Positions 51,301-62,763 of a stretch of DNA of 64,000 nt are shown in pieces. Under the pieces are notes generated by a model. The model had not been told where the DNA came from and searched no databases. It saw only the letters and a list, made by a program, of their open reading frames with translations. Source of the stretch: Balanoglossus misakiensis (taxonomy: Eukaryota; Animalia; Hemichordata); NCBI GenBank assembly GCA_040954595.2, contig CM082584.2, positions 5,212,110 through 5,276,109 on the forward strand, written 5' to 3'. The position numbers were made by a program, and so were the translations under genes. Position 1 is the stretch's first letter; every line of letters begins with the position of its first letter.

Positions 51301-54300
51301 CATTATCTCCACTGTCAGTGGTGCTCAGCTGTTCTGATTGGTTGATTGTTCCACCGTCAGTCAATCTGTCTGCTGTCATTGTCTGACAGCTTTTAACTGC
51401 CTCTCTGAAACTTGGGATAGTCAGATATATTAGAAAAGCTATGCAAATTTGCCTAGGGCGGCATGCAGTGTCACCAATTGCAAAATTGTATCGCCCTTAA
51501 TAAAGTTAGGCCCGGCGCTTTTTTCCCATGATTCAAAATAGAGTAAATGCCATATTGGAAAATCTGCCAATTCCCCCCCCCCCCATTTTTGTAATAATAG
51601 CGCAGATTATACATGGCAAAAATGTTATTTCCTGAAAAATTGACCTCAAAGCTACATAGCACGTTATATAGAAATCACCTGAACTGAACTACCTTTTAAG
51701 CTTATGCTATATCAGAACAGAGCTGACTATATGTGCTACTTGGTAGCCTTTCAGTATATTATTGGTCTATATATCAAGTTTAGCACATACACCCACTGTT
51801 CAACTTTTACATGTATTTTAGCATAAAGGCAAAATGGACAATGCCGACATGTGAAGCCATTCCTTTCCATGTTATCTCTAGCATCAGGAAACAAGCACAG
51901 GAATTGCAAAAAGCCTTGGAGAAAGTAGCAGTGCCTATATTCTGCAGTACTCACATAGGAGTGGATGAAGAGAAACAACAGAAATTATCCAAGGTGAGAA
52001 AATGCTACTTTTTAATAATTTGTATCAAAGGTGTTGGTAATAAAATAGCAGTTTATTGAAAGCTCAGCTCAACCACCTATAAAGGGCTTGAGACAAGGAG
52101 ACTTTTATGGAAGAATAAGTTGATTTGAAGTTCATAGAAAAAGAAACAAGTGTTAAGTGTGCAAACTTGTTAAAAATTAAAATCCATGGCTTGTTGAAAT
52201 GAGGAATCAAGGGATATCATAGGCAGAATTGTGTGTGTGCGCGCGCGCGGGTACACATGTGTACCGTGTGTGTTCGTGCACCCATCAGTGTTGAGTGTTT
52301 CTAATCCATCTTTCTCTTTTTTTCTGTTTGTCAGTTGTTGAATTTGTGGGAAACCAATAAATATTTTGAAGTAGCGGTGATAGATCAATTAAAACATCCA
52401 GTGATGTCCATGGCACAATACCAAGTAAGTATAAAAGTCTCCACATGAAAAAATTGATGCAAAAAGCTTGTCGTGTACTTGATAATCAACACAATCACAT
52501 CGTCTAACTCACTGGGTTCACTATTATTATCATTAATATTAACGATACTTGATTGGTGACTTGATTTTGTGTACCCTACCAAAAAAATTTTTAAAATGCG
52601 CAAACTTGCGATTAAAAAAAAAAATGGTACCATTCATGTCAAATTAATGAAAATCCGTATAACTCACATTATAAAATGATCTTATTTCTTAATTGATGTG
52701 TTGACATTTTTACATGATTGAATTTCAGGCCTCCCTGATCACAGAACATTCAAATATTGTTCAACAAATTCAATCGAATATCCAGACTCAGTATCAACAA
52801 TTACAGAAACAACACAACGACTACGTTAGTCATCTGATGGCTCAACAGTCAGTGGGACCACAGCCACCATCGTCAGGTCAGTCATTCACAAATGGCAATC
52901 AGTGTGCCATCTAAGCCCATATGACGCGCCACTGACTCAACAAACTCACTGGTGACTCAAAAAAATTATCACACTACATGCAAAGGTATAGGGCTGACTC
53001 AGAAATTTCTAGAAATCCTCAAATTGACTCAAAGCTTTTAAAAATTATGTTTGTTAGAGGGCACACTGATGGCAATACATTTCATATGCACTACAATAGA
53101 ATAACAGAATACCTGTCGTGAAGACGACACTGTGTACTATGCATAGATATATTACCAGGAGGGATGCACTTGATCATATTTCTCAGTGTGCCTATAGAGG
53201 GGACAGTGTGTCATCAGTACTTTGACCCCAGGCACTCATCTATATGTACCGGTAGTTTAAACTCAAGCTGGAAGGCCTAAAGAAGGCTAAATTTCACCCC
53301 AGTTGTAGATTAGATGATTGAGTTTCAAATATGAGCACAGTGGGGACAAGACCCTAGCAAGTACAAATGAACAGGTGATGTAGCCTTATTAGAGCTTTCT
53401 TGGACAAAGTGGCCTGTAGTAGTCTGCGTTGTACAGAACAGCTTAGCTTAATAATATACAGGATAACCTGGTCCTATATTGGGCACAGTTAAGTGTTGCC
53501 TATAATGCAATTGTGCAATTATATTCTTGATGTTTACTTGGGCCAACCCAGCTGACTCTAGCCAATACTGGTGTGATCTCATTGTAGACAGGATAGGCAT
53601 GTACATGTACCACAACAGTGAGAACAAACTTGCCCAATTAGTGATCAGATCTTGACCTCAATTGTGTATTCCTTCATAAAACAGGGTTTGGAACACCACC
53701 ACCGGCAATAGCACCACCACCGGCACAAAATCCACCGCCCAGTTTCATGATGCAACAACCACCTCCATTGCAGTCTGGTGGTCCCCCAGTCAGTGACAGC
53801 AGCCAGGGACAACCAAGACCACCAACCAGTGCGCAACAACCAGGTATGATAGTGCGTCATGAAGGTCGTTTTCATGACCCCTATGCGACCTTTACATCCT
53901 GGCATTTTGTTGGCATGAGTTTACCATTTTGAGTGTACACTCTGCAACAGTCAACCATACTTTTGAATTGAAGCACTATGACATGTTACACTAGGGTGAA
54001 TGATTGTATGATGTCATATCAACCAAAGACGAGGTCACCCAGGGGTCATGAAAGTGGCCTATAGTGCTTAACGATGATATGGTGTAAATGCATACAGAAG
54101 AATTTTCCAAATACTATGCCAGTATCTACACAGCAGTATATACTCTTTTAATGCGGTAATGGCCAAAATTTACTACTGGATTTTGGATAAATGAGTATCT
54201 GCTGAAAGCTGTATACCAAGTAGAATTTCACAGAGTAACAACTGGTTAGATTTTCTGTTGAAGAAAAACCTCATGATATGCAGCAGAAGTTTTCTTGATA

Positions 54301-57300
54301 CATTCCATTTTATTTGCAAACCGTATCGTGTGGAAATTCATGATTAGTATGTGAAGGGACTGTGACACCCCCTGGATGATGTCATAAAAATGCGACCACA
54401 ATGGTGAGTTTGATGTTCCTATATTTTCGTTCGTCCCACCTGCTAGGCACTCAACCCAGTCAACCGTTTGTAGGCCAGTCGTCACAACCACCACCACAAG
54501 CACCACCACCGCAATCTCAGCCGCAGTTCAACGAGGGATCGGGGCCATCCGGCAACTTGCAAGGATTCGGACCAGCACCCTTCTCACAAGGTCAGGGAGC
54601 TACTTCAGGAAGTGGCCAGACTCATCCCTCATTTAACCAACCACCGCCATTTCAACACCAAGCGCAGCAAAGATATGAGTATCAGCATGGTATGTTGTCG
54701 GCTTCTTAAAAAAGTGCTTCCGAGTACAGTACAGTGCCAAACTTGTGTTCCAATTATGCTAATGTCAGACAGAGATTTTGCCAAGTTACACTGTCAGTAC
54801 TGTGAATAATAGAACCTACTGCTAGGGACAGTGATTGGGAAGTCAACGCGCCCTGCGCCATAGTCGCATTGAACTGAAAAGTGACGCATTGAAATTTGTT
54901 ACTTTGCGCCCGAAGTGCGCATTGAAATTTGAGTCCGAAATACTTAGGAAAAAAAATGTTGTTTAGCATCCTCGCCTATAATGCCATCAAGGCGTCCTAT
55001 AAATAGCCTCATTTTATGGTGCCCATAGTAACACGTACAAATTGCAACAAGTAACGCAGCTCAGCGTACCGATCGCAACAAGTTATTTAAACTTGACGAA
55101 AGATGTAGCAACTTTTGTTGGAGGTCATGCCATGCGTTCGAACGCGTCTGCAAAATACTTGCACACAGGATAGCAGACGGCAGACACCTGTGATGTCGAT
55201 TTTGAGTCAAAAAGAAGCATAAAAGGAAGGCATCTCATTTCAGCAGCAAGACTGTCGTTTCCATCATCAATTTGTGGATTTTATCAAGCATAAAATCTTC
55301 GCTTTTGCTCACTTTTGCTCGTCCCCTTGCATGCTATTGTGTTATCCAGTCAAGTGAGAAAAATAGCAATCATTGTTTTCAAACTTGTTCCTGTACAGCC
55401 ATTCTTCAATTAATGAGTATGGTGTTAGTATAACTCAGGCAAAATCTACATCAAAATGTCTGACTATTTCCACTGACTTCGATGGAAAGAAGAGACTGAT
55501 AAACACATGTTATATAGACATGTAAATGACAATACAAACAATTTTGAACTGATGATATTTTGCATCTAAATTTCATTCGATTTTTTGTCGATACTGTAGG
55601 GCTCATTACAAATTTTGAATGTCCCATTGAAGTTCAAAATGGCCCATTCATTTTGACTGGGATGGGGCCATTGGCACATTGGTGTTTTCAGACTTCCCAA
55701 TCACTGTAGGGAGTCTGAAAAAGAAGATGACCCCTAGAGTACAGTATTCATTGTATTATTCAATGAAATTTGAAAACAGTTTACCAACAAATTTCTATAG
55801 AAATCAAAGATCAAGACCAATGCCCACCATGATCTTTGAAATCTTTATAATACCATTTTAGAAACTTGTTTGCTTTGATGTTCTGTTGCCATGCCAGAAC
55901 TGAGTGTTTCACCCAGATTTGTCTGACTATAGAACCAAGTGCCGCTTTGTACTGTATTTCATCTAATGCTATATAAGTTGCTGGGATATTTTTCTTTTTT
56001 CGTTCGCAGCTATTTTGATTTGCAGCTATGTCTCATTTGCCATATCAAAATAACTTAATCATTCAGCTCATAAAGCATTTCCAATTTTCTGATTTGTAAG
56101 TATCGTTTGTAAGTATTGTAGCTTGCTGCGTCATCAAAAATCTGCCATATGCCAGTGATTTTTGCTATGCTGATAAATGCTTCCTTTCATTGCGTCTCTT
56201 AGCATTTATCCTGCTCTTCCAATGTGTTGTACAGTCATGTCGCAGTGAAATCCTGCTCCATTTTTCTCGTATATGTAGTAGTACTGTACTATGTCCCATT
56301 GTAAGTTTTAGTATACATGTACAGTACAAGCATACTTGTTAACATATGGTAGTGGTATTGTATTGTGTGTAATAGTGTTGCCAGACGCATTGAAGACTGT
56401 CTACAACTTCTCTACTTTCTATGCTACAACTTTGTGTACAAAGGAGACTATCATTAGAACAGGGTGCTGTGATTAACCTTTGAAGCGCTCAACTTCTTGT
56501 GTGACATTTTTTGTAGTCATGTGACAATTTCTGCAGATAAAAAGTTGGAAGAGATTGACACTGCTTGGTAAATCAGACACATTTTGACATCATGACGTAT
56601 GTAAATACCCGAAAAGATGTGACCGTAATGGGGAAAACAACATGTCTCGGTAGCTGTACAGGCACATAGGCCCGCAATCTGATTAAAATCAGATGTAGGG
56701 AACGTCGTCGTTCCCTACATCTGATTTTAATCAGATTGACAGGCCCGTACAATCAATACGGCGATGGTGGCAGTAACAACAGCATTTTGCCCTGATGTAT
56801 ATTGTCATGGTTACATCTAATCTCTAAGAGCTACTTTGACCTGCTGCATTGGAAGGTTGTGAATGAACAACTGAAAAGTCGAAGATGTACGTTAATATCG
56901 GAGCATCTTCTTTAATAATTTCAGGAGTAAATCCGCCATCGCAAGGACCGGGATTTCCTCCTCCAAATCTGGTCCACGAATATAATCACAGCCGGTCACT
57001 GACTGGAGCAGCTCCACCCGACTACAGCAAACCGCCGCCCATATTTGGCCCACCAGGCGCCAGTGTGCCACCGCCAGGCCCCACTGTGCCACCCCCTGGT
57101 GCTGCTGTGCCCCCACCAGGTGCCGCTGTGGCACCCCCTGGAGCCGCAGTGGCTCCAGGTCCCGGACCACCAATGACTGCCCCCCAGACATTTCTTATCC
57201 CAACTGATCCCAATGATCCGTCTTTGATGCCCAAGGTTCCGTACTATGACCTGCCGGCTGGGCTTATGGCGCCCTTAGTCAAGGTAAGACTTCTTGCATT

Positions 57301-60262
57301 TCGAAATAATTTAATTGTCAACTACATGATCCAAATTAATGCCTCTCAGATTTAATACTTTTCTGGTGCAAATAATGAAATCTGCATTTTCTGGAGCTTT
57401 CCTTTGTGTTTCTTAGTTGAGGCTGATTTGCATAATGAGTGGAAATCAACCAACCAATCAAGCCAGTCATTCTTCGTTCTTTTGCCTGTACATGTACTTT
57501 GATTCACTGAAAACATTGACTTCAAAAATGTATTGTGTATTTCCAGTTGGAGGATACTGAATATGAACCGTTGGACTCTGATGATATCCGTTTACCACCT
57601 CCACAACCACCGACAGAAAGACTGTTGGCTGCTGTTGAAGCATTCTATGCCCCTCCATCACATGACAGACCAAGAAATGGGTGTGTATTGCATTGAGTTT
57701 TCATCCTTCTTCCAGTTTGTGTATTGTCATTGAGTATGTGAATGGTATTGCATTGAGTTTTCATCCTTCTTCCAGTTTGTGTATTGTCATTGAGTATGTG
57801 AATGGTATTTGATATCGCTTGAGCTGGACACTATTATTATAAGCAACCACTAGAGGGCTACACATTATGACTCACTGGGTACATGAGTAACAGCATACAG
57901 CTGTTTACCCAAGGGAATGTCAATAAAGATCTAAGGGTGAGGGGAAATAGACTGTTTTTGGGGGTAACTGACATGCTCTAGAAGAGACATCTGTGTTGTT
58001 ACCTGAATATGGCCAGTCAATTTGTGTTTTCTGACACACCTCATGGAATTGTCAATGGAAACAATTTCCAGGAACCAATGACACGCTTGTTGTGTTTATC
58101 AGCTTAATAACGACGCACCATGTGACTTTGATTTGGTCAATTATAGCACAGAAAATGGATCAGGTGTGTTGCAAATGGTGATGTATGATTAGAATGAAAT
58201 GTCAACATCAATATATGAAATACATGTAATTATCACGGTTCACCATCTGATAATATACGATGTATCCTTTTCATGGTCTGGTGAAACTGTAGGGATGGCT
58301 GGGAACACAATGGACTCTACGAATTCTTCAGAGCGAAACAGAAATACGCAAAGCTGAAAAAAGACCGTGAAGACAAAAATGGCAGAAGAAGCGGCAGATC
58401 TTTCAAATCCAAGTCAAGGTCAAGATCCAGAGGGAGGTCGCATTCTAGGTCACATTCAAGATCTCGGTCAAGGTCACCGGTTCCGCGATCAAGATCGCGA
58501 TCACCAAGGCGAAGACGCAGGTGAGTAGATAAAGACAGCAAATTTATTTGTGTGAAAAGATTAGTGATTTCCACTCAAGTATTATTGTATTTTTTACCTC
58601 AGTTGTTGCAAATCCAACTATTACTTACATTCAGCTTCCACAGGCCTGAAGTTTTCTCTAAAAAGGCCTGGTCTAAACTGGTAAATACTTCTAAATAACG
58701 ATATATAACTAAGCATATAAATTTCCTTTAATTTTCATTCTGCAGGAGTTATTCCAGGTCACGATCTCGATCCCGGTCACGTTCCCGCTCAAGATCAAGG
58801 TCGGAATCAAGTTCTCCACCATATTTACGGACATCTCGATCTCGATCAAGGTCAAAGTCGCCAAAGCCAACAAGACGCAAGCGATCGCGATCACGAAGCA
58901 AGACACCGCCTGCTTATTAGTAAGTACTGGCTGTTGGATCGATCAGACTAAGATTAAATTTTAGCTGTTCCAGAAGTTTTTGTCTCGTTGAAACAGTGAT
59001 CTCCAAAGTTAAAAAAGGATTCTAATACTGACATTAAGCCCAAGAACACTGTGTATAGGAGAGTTAATGTTGCCAGTCGAAATTTAGTCTCCATCTTCCT
59101 TTGTATCAGCCTATTGTCTATTCTTCATTCTGCATTTTACCAAAGTGATTATATGTAATCCGATTGAAATCTATTGTAGGGTTTGTTCAATCTTTACCTT
59201 TGCTGATCTTTAGCTGTTCTGGGAACAGAACAGCCAAGGTAAAGATCGAGCCAACCCTACATCTGATTTTAATCAGATTACCAAAATGATGAGCTGTATG
59301 ATCCCTATCATAGCAAGTAAATCCAATCACAGACAACCATTTGTGTATTTTGCCCAAACCATTTTCCACTGCACGTGAAACTCATTAAAAATATGTAAGT
59401 AATGACCTAAAAATGCATGCAGCTCTGAGATGTTTTCTACCGAGATGGAATGTGATCATAGGTTATATCTAGTCATGATATATGATAGTGTTGATTGTCA
59501 CTGTAATTTCCTGCTTTAGCGTTAATTGTGACTTTGAATGAAAACTTTTTGTGTTTGTTTTGCAGTCAACAGCCCTTTTACACACATCACACAAAGCAGA
59601 GTAAACTGGACGAGAGTAACAAAGGACATCAACTCTTGACAAAGATGGGTAAGTGTCTCATTATACAAATTATTGCCTAATAAACACTACTACTTCTTAT
59701 CAAGACAGACCTTTTCACAATATCAGAAACACAGCCAACCATGGGTATCTTGAAGACTCTTTTGGCATATGAAACATATATTGCTGCAAAATTACATGAA
59801 GAAAATGTATAGAAAGATAAAGTAATTCATGTCATGGTGAATGTATGCAAATTGAATACTGTAAACCGGCAAACTTCCCGAGAGCAAAAAAAAACAAAAA
59901 ACGTGAAAATAAATAAACACGAAGGAACAATGTGTACAATGTTTTTCTGAGATAAGTGAACACGAAAGTTAATCGTCACGAAAAATTTCTTGTTTTACAC
60001 TGTATGTTGGTTGTACTTGGAATTGAAATGTGATTGCTTGGTGTGTTTGTTCGTTCTGCCAGGTTGGAGCGGTCAAGGGTTGGGTGCCAATGAACAAGGC
60101 ATTGTTGATCCAATCAAAGGAGGAGATGTACGAACGAGAAATGACCAGTTCAAAGGTGTTGGTATCGACATCAACGATCCTTTTGAGAGTTTCCGCAGAA
60201 GTAAAAGTTATTCGTTTATTGCGAGAATGAAAGCCAGAGATGAAGCCAGAGACGGTGAGTGA
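48392..60262 (+). CDS. CHERP: Calcium homeostasis endoplasmic reticulum protein (SURP-CID-RS-G-patch splicing factor), 16 exons, ~867 aa
   Basis: Exons 48392-48419, 49477-49647, 50055-50239, 50626-50763, 51062-51213, 51882-51993, 52335-52424, 52729-52876, 53685-53843, 54447-54689, 56925-57283, 57547-57680, 58293-58520, 58746-58919, 59566-59648, 60063-60262, total 2604 nt. SURP RNIIDKLAQFVARNGPEFE; CID LQPIIDSCTKDAISGGKQWMF/LHIIYLINDVLHHC; PYYDLPAGLMAPLVKLED; RS domain; G-patch NKGHQLLTKMGWSGQGLG; C-terminal FRRSKSYSFIARMKARDE. Confidence 0.96.
49347..49360. promoter_or_regulatory. Canonical X-box GTTTCCATGGCAAC in CHERP intron 1
   Basis: Strong match to the RFX X-box. Confidence 0.4.
49675..49884. 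mobile_element. Tc1/mariner-type MITE with TA target duplication
   Basis: TA-CTGTAAAACAC ... GTGTTTTACAG-TA, with many internal CGCGAAAA/TTTTCGCG motifs. Confidence 0.8.
51262..51320. repeat. Tandem duplication of 27 bp
   Basis: TTGGTGACATTATCTCCACTGTCAGTG at 51262-51288 and 51294-51320. Confidence 0.8.
54829..55706. mobile_element. 878-bp non-autonomous DNA transposon with 16-bp TIRs and a 6-bp TSD (hAT-like termini)
   Basis: CAGTGATTGGGAAGTC ... GACTTCCCAATCACTG flanked on both sides by TAGGGA (54823-54828 and 55707-55712). Confidence 0.8.
56675..56738. mobile_element. 64-bp perfect hairpin element with a 9-bp TSD
   Basis: 30-bp perfect arms CAATCTGATTAAAATCAGATGTAGGGAACG, a 4-nt loop TCGT, and flanks ATAGGCCCG / ACAGGCCCG. 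Confidence 0.8.
57685..57809. repeat. Perfect 60-bp tandem duplication at the start of a CHERP intron
   Basis: GTATTGCATTGAGTTTTCATCCTTCTTCCAGTTTGTGTATTGTCATTGAGTATGTGAATG occurs twice. Confidence 0.9.
59156..59280. mobile_element. Older 125-bp palindromic member of the 56675 hairpin family
   Basis: The right end CCCTACATCTGATTTTAATCAGATT is identical to the 56675 element. The left arm TAATCCGATTGAAATCTATTGTAGGGTTTGTTCAATCTTTACCTT is a degenerate complement of the right arm. Confidence 0.7.
59857..60000. mobile_element. Degenerate relative of the 49675 MITE
   Basis: TACTGTAAA ... CGTGAAAATAAA ... CACGAAAAATTTCTTGTTTTACA. Confidence 0.45.
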
Positions 60263-60977
60263 ACAGGGAATGCCCGGCCAGCCAATCAGATTGTTGGGAT
60301 TGTGCTGATTATCCAATCAGGTTCTTTTAGAAATATGGAATGAAAAAGCCCAGATGTGCCATATGCGTGGGTTGCATTGGAATGAATATTCATGAGATGT
60401 CACCCGTGACACAATGTTGGTCATGGGGCAAGAAGCTGACTTAGAGTTTGTGATGCTAGCCTTTATACATGAACAGAACATTGAGTCCATTGACATTGAA
60501 AAGGAATACACATCATAATTCAAATTCTTACAAGAAAAGAAAATGCCCCAATTGACATCACATCAATGCTTTGCCCAACCCAACATCAATAATGTACTGG
60601 ATTTGCAAGTTTGATCATTTGCATTGAAATATGTATCTACAACGTCAAACCAAATAGTACATGAACTGCAACCATGATATATAACCATCCAACACATGTT
60701 TGTGATTGTAATACAACACAACAAAGGTTAGCGATAGCAACTGTATCCAAGACCTCTGATTCCTATTTGAATACTTTCCAAATATGGTAGTGGGCAATCT
60801 GCCATGAGACAGCTGTTGCATTGTCTGCATTGAGTCCTGTCTCTCTTAGTGGGCTTTAATCTGATGATAAAGTGAGATGTTAAATTTAACACCAGAGAGA
60901 GTGATGTGGCATTTTTAAAGGGACAAAGTCTCTCTCTCGCTGCCCTTTTTCCATTAATTATGTTTGATACAAGACAA

Positions 60978-61185
60978 CGTTTATGGTTTTCTGCATGTGG
61001 ATATATAGTGAATCAACGTTCGACCACACACAACTTCCATCCCGAGAGTAAAAATTTCACCAAAATGAATATAGTCAGTCGCTACCGTTTATTCATTTTG
61101 ACATAATATTTAGTCTCATATCCTACAAATGGGATGGAAGTTGTGTGTGGTTCACTATATATCCACATGTAGAACAACATAAACG
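60978..61185. mobile_element. 208-bp palindromic element in the probable CHERP 3' UTR
   Basis: CGTTTATG..CATGTGGATATATAGTGAA..CCACACACAACTTCCATCCC ... GGGATGGAAGTTGTGTGTGG..TTCACTATATATCCACATG..CATAAACG. A second partial copy lies at 34326-34489. Confidence 0.75.
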
Positions 61186-61468
61186 GGATCGAGATCGTGA
61201 CCTGGAATAACTCCTGTAATATAAAAATTAAAGGAAAAGCTAAGTCACAATGTTCAAACAAACACTGAATATGAACATTACACAACTATGCAGCTTCCAC
61301 TGTCCTGAAGTTTTCTCTAAAAATGTCTGGTCTAAACTGGTAATGATTTTGTTATTCACAGTAACAAAGAAAGAATAAGAAGAGGATGATGTTGGAAGAA
61401 AGAGGTTTCTTGTCAATTTGTTGAACAATTGTTTGTGTTTTAAATTGTACCTCTTTGTAGCTCTTGCT

Positions 61469-61474
61469 AATAAA
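61469..61474 (+). promoter_or_regulatory. Putative CHERP polyadenylation signal
   Basis: AATAAA followed by a GT-rich downstream element. Confidence 0.5.
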
Positions 61475-62763
61475 ACAGGAATCAGATACTCGTTTACTGG
61501 TTTTGAAAATAGTGTGCATGTTGTTTGTTGTGTCTGTGAGTTTGTGTACTGGATGATATCATGAGGTTACTACTGCTTTGTGTTTTGAGACTGTGATTTT
61601 CTGCCTGGAATTGTGTAGGGTTTTTCATGCTGTATGAACTGAAATATTTCATACTTTTATTCTGTTACCCCTTTGCACCCTGACCCCGTGGTGACCTATG
61701 ACATAATGCTGACCCTGTGATGTCATGCAAAGCCTTTCTCCCGTCAGAGTCTGAGCCATGTGTAAACGGTCAAAACTGGTATATAACTGAGTATCAGAGT
61801 TATAATAATAAAAAAACCCAGTGATATCTGTCTGTAGCAAACCTTGCATAAACTGGACCCTTTGCCAAAAGGTATCCATTTACCAAATCTATAAAAACAC
61901 TATAAATGTAACACCTCTGTAATCTCCAGGCCATAATCAATAAGGAGTGTTTAGTTTAACAGCCATGTTCAACTTAAATTTTCATATATATCTGTAACAT
62001 CTGTCTCAGTGTTCACCGCTTTGGTGCTATCAGTAACAAGAGAAGAGTAATGAAATCTGACTGTCACAAAATAGTTAGTTAAAGTTAAAGTTTATTTATT
62101 AATGTGTCCTATCTAAAGTTTGCATCAGATATTGAGTCATAATACTTGTATAACTGTTTTGACTTTGATTTTACCCTTTTACCAGAACACATGGAGATCC
62201 ACCAGTATATCATTCTCTATACAACCTCTGTAAAGGGAGTCAGAAAAATCTGACATCTCCCTCCTTACAAAAAAATTCATATTACCTTCACTGAAAAGGA
62301 ATCATGAAAATGGATATTTCATGAGAAATCTTGATCATTTTGACACCAAATTGTAACCAAAATGTACTTCCCAGATCTAGACAAAATCTATCAATACAGT
62401 TTAGTTTTAACCATTACAAAATAATTTGTTTGTTTAACAATTTTTACTCTGTTGTGTGATTTCCATAATAATTTAGACAACAAGCTTACAGTCAGATCCC
62501 ATTGAAATTAAATTTTTCAAACCTTTAAAAATCATCACTTTCTATGTACAGAAATTTGCTGTGACAAGTTGTGGTTTGTGTGTGTGTGTGTGTGAAAATG
62601 TTACAATGTACATCATTTAAAGTTGAGTGTTGTAACAATATTTTGACCACCCCCATATTACACTACCCTTAAAAACTATTGAATGTAAGATTGAGAATAA
62701 CTTTCAGAACATTCATTAAAAACTAGTCAAGCAAAAAATAGTTTCTGCATAGCAGGTAAAATG

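Noticed and set aside
58262-58270. U12-type donor consensus GTATCCTTT in a CHERP intron
   Set aside because: It lies ~30 nt upstream of an acceptor with no matching exon. Similar 9-mers occur by chance elsewhere (e.g. ~11616).
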